Assembly: GCA_030264375.1 (NCBI GenBank)
Contig: JASCQW010000043.1
Span: 82,939,093 to 83,003,092, forward strand
Source of the DNA: Carcharhinus longimanus
Lineage: Eukaryota
Direction of reading: 5' to 3'
DNA length: 64,000 nt
In this document: positions 61,103-64,000 of the stretch, piece after piece
How the letters are laid out: every line of letters starts with the position of its first letter
How positions within the stretch are numbered: position 1 is the first letter of the stretch
The notes under the pieces: model-generated
What the model was told of the DNA's origin: nothing
Database searches by the model: none
What the model saw: only the letters and a program-made list of their open reading frames with translations
Translations under genes and position numbers: made by a program

Positions 61103-61179
61103 CTGTACAAGAATGTCAGAGGAGTACGTGAACAATTACACAAAGGCTACAACAGGTAATAGGGTTGGAGCTGCAGTGC

Positions 61180-61740
61180 CCCTGGCTGAGGCTTTAAATA
61201 AGTTTTTTGCCTCGGTCTTCACGGAGGAGGACACGAATAGTTTGCCGGATCTTAAAGATAGAAGGATGGTAGGAGTTGAGGGCCTGAATGCGATTACTGT
61301 CACTAGAGNNNNNNNNNNNNNNNNNNNNNNNNNNNNNNNNNNNNNNNNNNNNNNNNNNNNNNNNNNNNNNNNNNNNNNNNNNNNNNNNNNNNNNNNNNNN
61401 NNNNNNNNNNNNNNNNNNNNNNNNNNNNNNNNNNNNNNNNNNNNNNNNNNNNNNNNNNNNNNNNNNNNNNNNNNNNNNNNNNNNNNNNNNNNNNNNNNNN
61501 NNNNNNNNNNNNNNNNNNNNNNNNNNNNNNNNNNNNNNNNNNNNNNNTACACGTGATTAGGATTTGGAATGCACTGCCTGATACAGATTCAATAGCAGCT
61601 TTCAAAATGGGATTGGATAAAAACTGGAAGTGTGTAGGAAAGAATGGGAATGTGGGAGCATCTGAATTGCTCTTCAAAAGAGCCAGTGCAGACTCAATGA
61701 ACCCAAGGGTCTCCTGTGCTGTACTATTTTATGATTTCAT
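61180..61740 (+). mobile_element. CR1 fragments around a gap
   Basis: AEALNKFFASVFTEED before the gap; RVIRIWNALP..FKMGLD after it. Confidence 0.8.
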
Positions 61741-61844
61741 TTTGAAGGAATTTCATTGCAATGCTTCGCCCTTTCACCTCCTGAGTATCCCCCACTACTG
61801 CAAACATGCCAGGAAAATCCTGCCCTGTAAATTTCCCCCACTCT

Positions 61845-62025
61845 AGAAACTCAAGCAAGTAATCTAGGCTGACACTTAAGTGCAGTACTGAAGAAGTGCT
61901 GCACAGTAGAAGGTGCAATCTTGTAGATGTTCGTTCAACTGTGACCTCTTTTGCCCTCATAGATGGACATAAGAGATCCTAAAGTGCTATTTGAAGAAGA
62001 GTTCAGAAATTTTCAACATTTCCTT
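61845..62025 (+). mobile_element. DeuSINE (SacSINE1/AmnSINE1-like) central Deu-domain fragment
   Basis: AATCTAGGCTGACAC..GTGCAGTACTGA..AGTGCTGCAC..AGGTGC..TGGACATAAGAGATCC..CTATTTGAAGAAGAG. Confidence 0.7.
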
Positions 62026-62089
62026 CTTGTGAAATTCTTAAGATTTGTCATTCCATAAAAGAACCTTTGTCTTCTTGACTTTCTTCCCA

Positions 62090-62505
62090 AAACAAGGATG
62101 TGGAAGCTTTGGAGAGAGTGCCAAGAAGATTCTAGTCTCAAGAGTGTTGGCTGAGAAGAGGTTGAAGAAACTAGAATTGTTTTCACTGGAAAGACGGAGG
62201 CTGAGGGAAGATATGACGTCTACAAAATTATGAGAGGCATAGACAAGGTGGATAGTCAAGCTTTTTCCAAGGGTAGATGTGTCAATTACAAACGGGCACA
62301 GGTTTAAGGTGAGAGGGGAAAATTTAAGGGAGATGTGCAGGGAAGTTTTTCATGCAAAATGGTGGGTGCCTGGAATATGCTGCTAGAGCAGGTGGAAGCA
62401 GACACATAGCAACATTTAAGAGGCACCTGGATAGTCACATAAATAGGGAGGGAACAGAGGGATATGGACCGAGTAAGGGCAGAAGGCTTTTTTCTAATTA
62501 GGGCA
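62090..62505 (+). mobile_element. CR1 LINE 3' fragment
   Basis: LERVPRR..RLKKLELFSLERRRLREDM; TNGHRFK. Confidence 0.85.
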
Positions 62506-62639
62506 ACAGATAAAAGCTCTGCTGTCATATCCAATGATGAACGATAGTGGACAATTAAATAACTAGTTGGCAAAGGAGATGACACAAATATCATCTTCAA
62601 TGACAGTACAGCCATAGTCTTTCATTCCACTGCATTCAG

Positions 62640-64000
62640 CCTTAGTCCAAACAACTCAAGAATTGTGGTGAGAGTGACTGTCCTTGACATCAAGGTAGCA
62701 TTTGGCCCAAAATGGCATCAAAGAGCTGTAGCAAAACTGGAGCCAATGGAAATCAAGGGGAAAACTTCTATTGATTGAAGTTATACCTAACCCAAAGGAA
62801 GATGGTTGCAGTTGTTGGGGGTCAATCATCTCACTTGGGCAGACTGCTGCAGGAGTTCCTCAGGATTGTGTCCTTGGCCCAACCATCTCCAGCTGCTTCA
62901 TCAATCATATTCCCTCCATCATAAGGTCAGAAGTGTGGATGTTTGCTGATTATTTGCATAATGTTCAACACCATTTGTAACTCCTCAGACACTGAAGCAG
63001 TCTGTACCCATATGCAGCAAGGCATGGACAATATTCAGGCTTGGGCTGGTAAGTGCAAGTTAACATATCAGGAAATGATCATGTCCAACCAGAGAGAAAT
63101 TAAACATTCCCCATGACAGTCAATGGCATGATCATTGNNNNNNNNNNNNNNNNNNNNNNNNNNNNNNNNNNNNNNNNNNNNNNNNNNNNNNNNNNNNNNN
63201 NNNNNNNNNNNNNCTAAAAGAGCAATTCAGAAATTGGGAATTCTGAAGAGAGTAACTCACTTCCCCTCTCCCCAAGGATTGCCCCACCATGTACAAGGCA
63301 CAATTTAGGTTTGTGATGGAACACACTGCGCTTGGTCAGATGATTACAGCTCCAAATACACCCAAGAAGCTGGACACCATCCAGGACGAAGCAAACTGCT
63401 TCATTGGCACTCCATCCACTACATTAAACAATCATATCCCCCGCCAATGACGCAATGTGTAACATCTACAAGATGCACTGCAGCAAATCACCAGAGCTTC
63501 TTCAACAGCACATTCTAAAGCTGCAGCCTCTATCACTTTGAAGGGCAAAGACATCAGATGAAAAGTTAAAGTTTATTAGTCACAAGTAGATTTATATTAA
63601 CACTGCAATGAAGTTACTGTGAAAATCCCCTAGTCGCCACACTCTGGTGCATGTTCAGATACACTGAGGGAGAATTTAGCACAGCCAATGTACCTAATCA
63701 GCATGTCTTTTGGAGTTGGGAGGAAACCCACGCAGACTCTGCAAAGAAAGTGACCTGAGCCAGGAGTTGAACCCGGATCCCTGGAGCTGTGAGGTAGCAG
63801 TGATAACCACCGTGCCACCATATCACCCCATTAGAACACAATCACCTGCAAGTCCCCTGGAAGCCACACATCATCCTGATTTGGAACTATTGCTGTTCCT
63901 TTACGTTGCTGAGTCAAAATCCTGGATCACTTCCTAACAACACTCGGGATGTGTACAGACACCACGTGGACTGCACTAATCCAAAAAGACAGCTCACCAC
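62640..64000 (+). mobile_element. CR1-group/L2-like LINE RT and 3' region, interrupted by a SINE
   Basis: VLDIKVAFG..WHQ and GVPQDCVLGPTI..FINHIPS..MFAD motifs; continues after the SINE at 63830 to the window end. Confidence 0.8.
63562..63820 (-). mobile_element. V-SINE nested in a LINE
   Basis: Same family as 50373 and 59124; LINE sequence is collinear on both sides. Confidence 0.85.

Noticed and set aside
1-64000. Prokaryote-type systems (CRISPR arrays, operons), bona fide tRNA/rRNA genes, and DM-domain or DMRT3 exons
   Set aside because: None seen. tRNA-like boxes all belong to SINE heads, and no DM-domain (C..C..H..H..C..C) coding exon was found in the window.

Overview
Vertebrate genomic DNA with several N gaps, very probably from a shark: the repeats are HE1/V-SINE-type SINEs, DeuSINE, CR1, L2, Rex1, Penelope and Harbinger MITEs. 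The window holds the 3' part of the sex-determination gene DMRT1 on the + strand. Three coding exons match human exons 3, 4 and 5 (3522-3808, 21517-21691, 53750-53898), with introns of about 17.7 kb and 32 kb. The DM-domain exons lie upstream of the window. A repeat-poor, AT-rich stretch follows the stop codon and is probably a long 3' UTR. Most notable observations: (1) an in-frame 21-nt microexon candidate with near-perfect splice sites and two downstream UGCAUG motifs; (2) several candidate alternative 3' or terminal exons; (3) two palindromic Penelope-type insertions with target-site duplications, one carrying a minimal hammerhead-ribozyme motif; (4) a fossil two-gene Harbinger transposon plus its MITEs; (5) an LF-SINE-like element. 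All family assignments come from recognising motifs by eye, not from database searches, and repeat boundaries are approximate.
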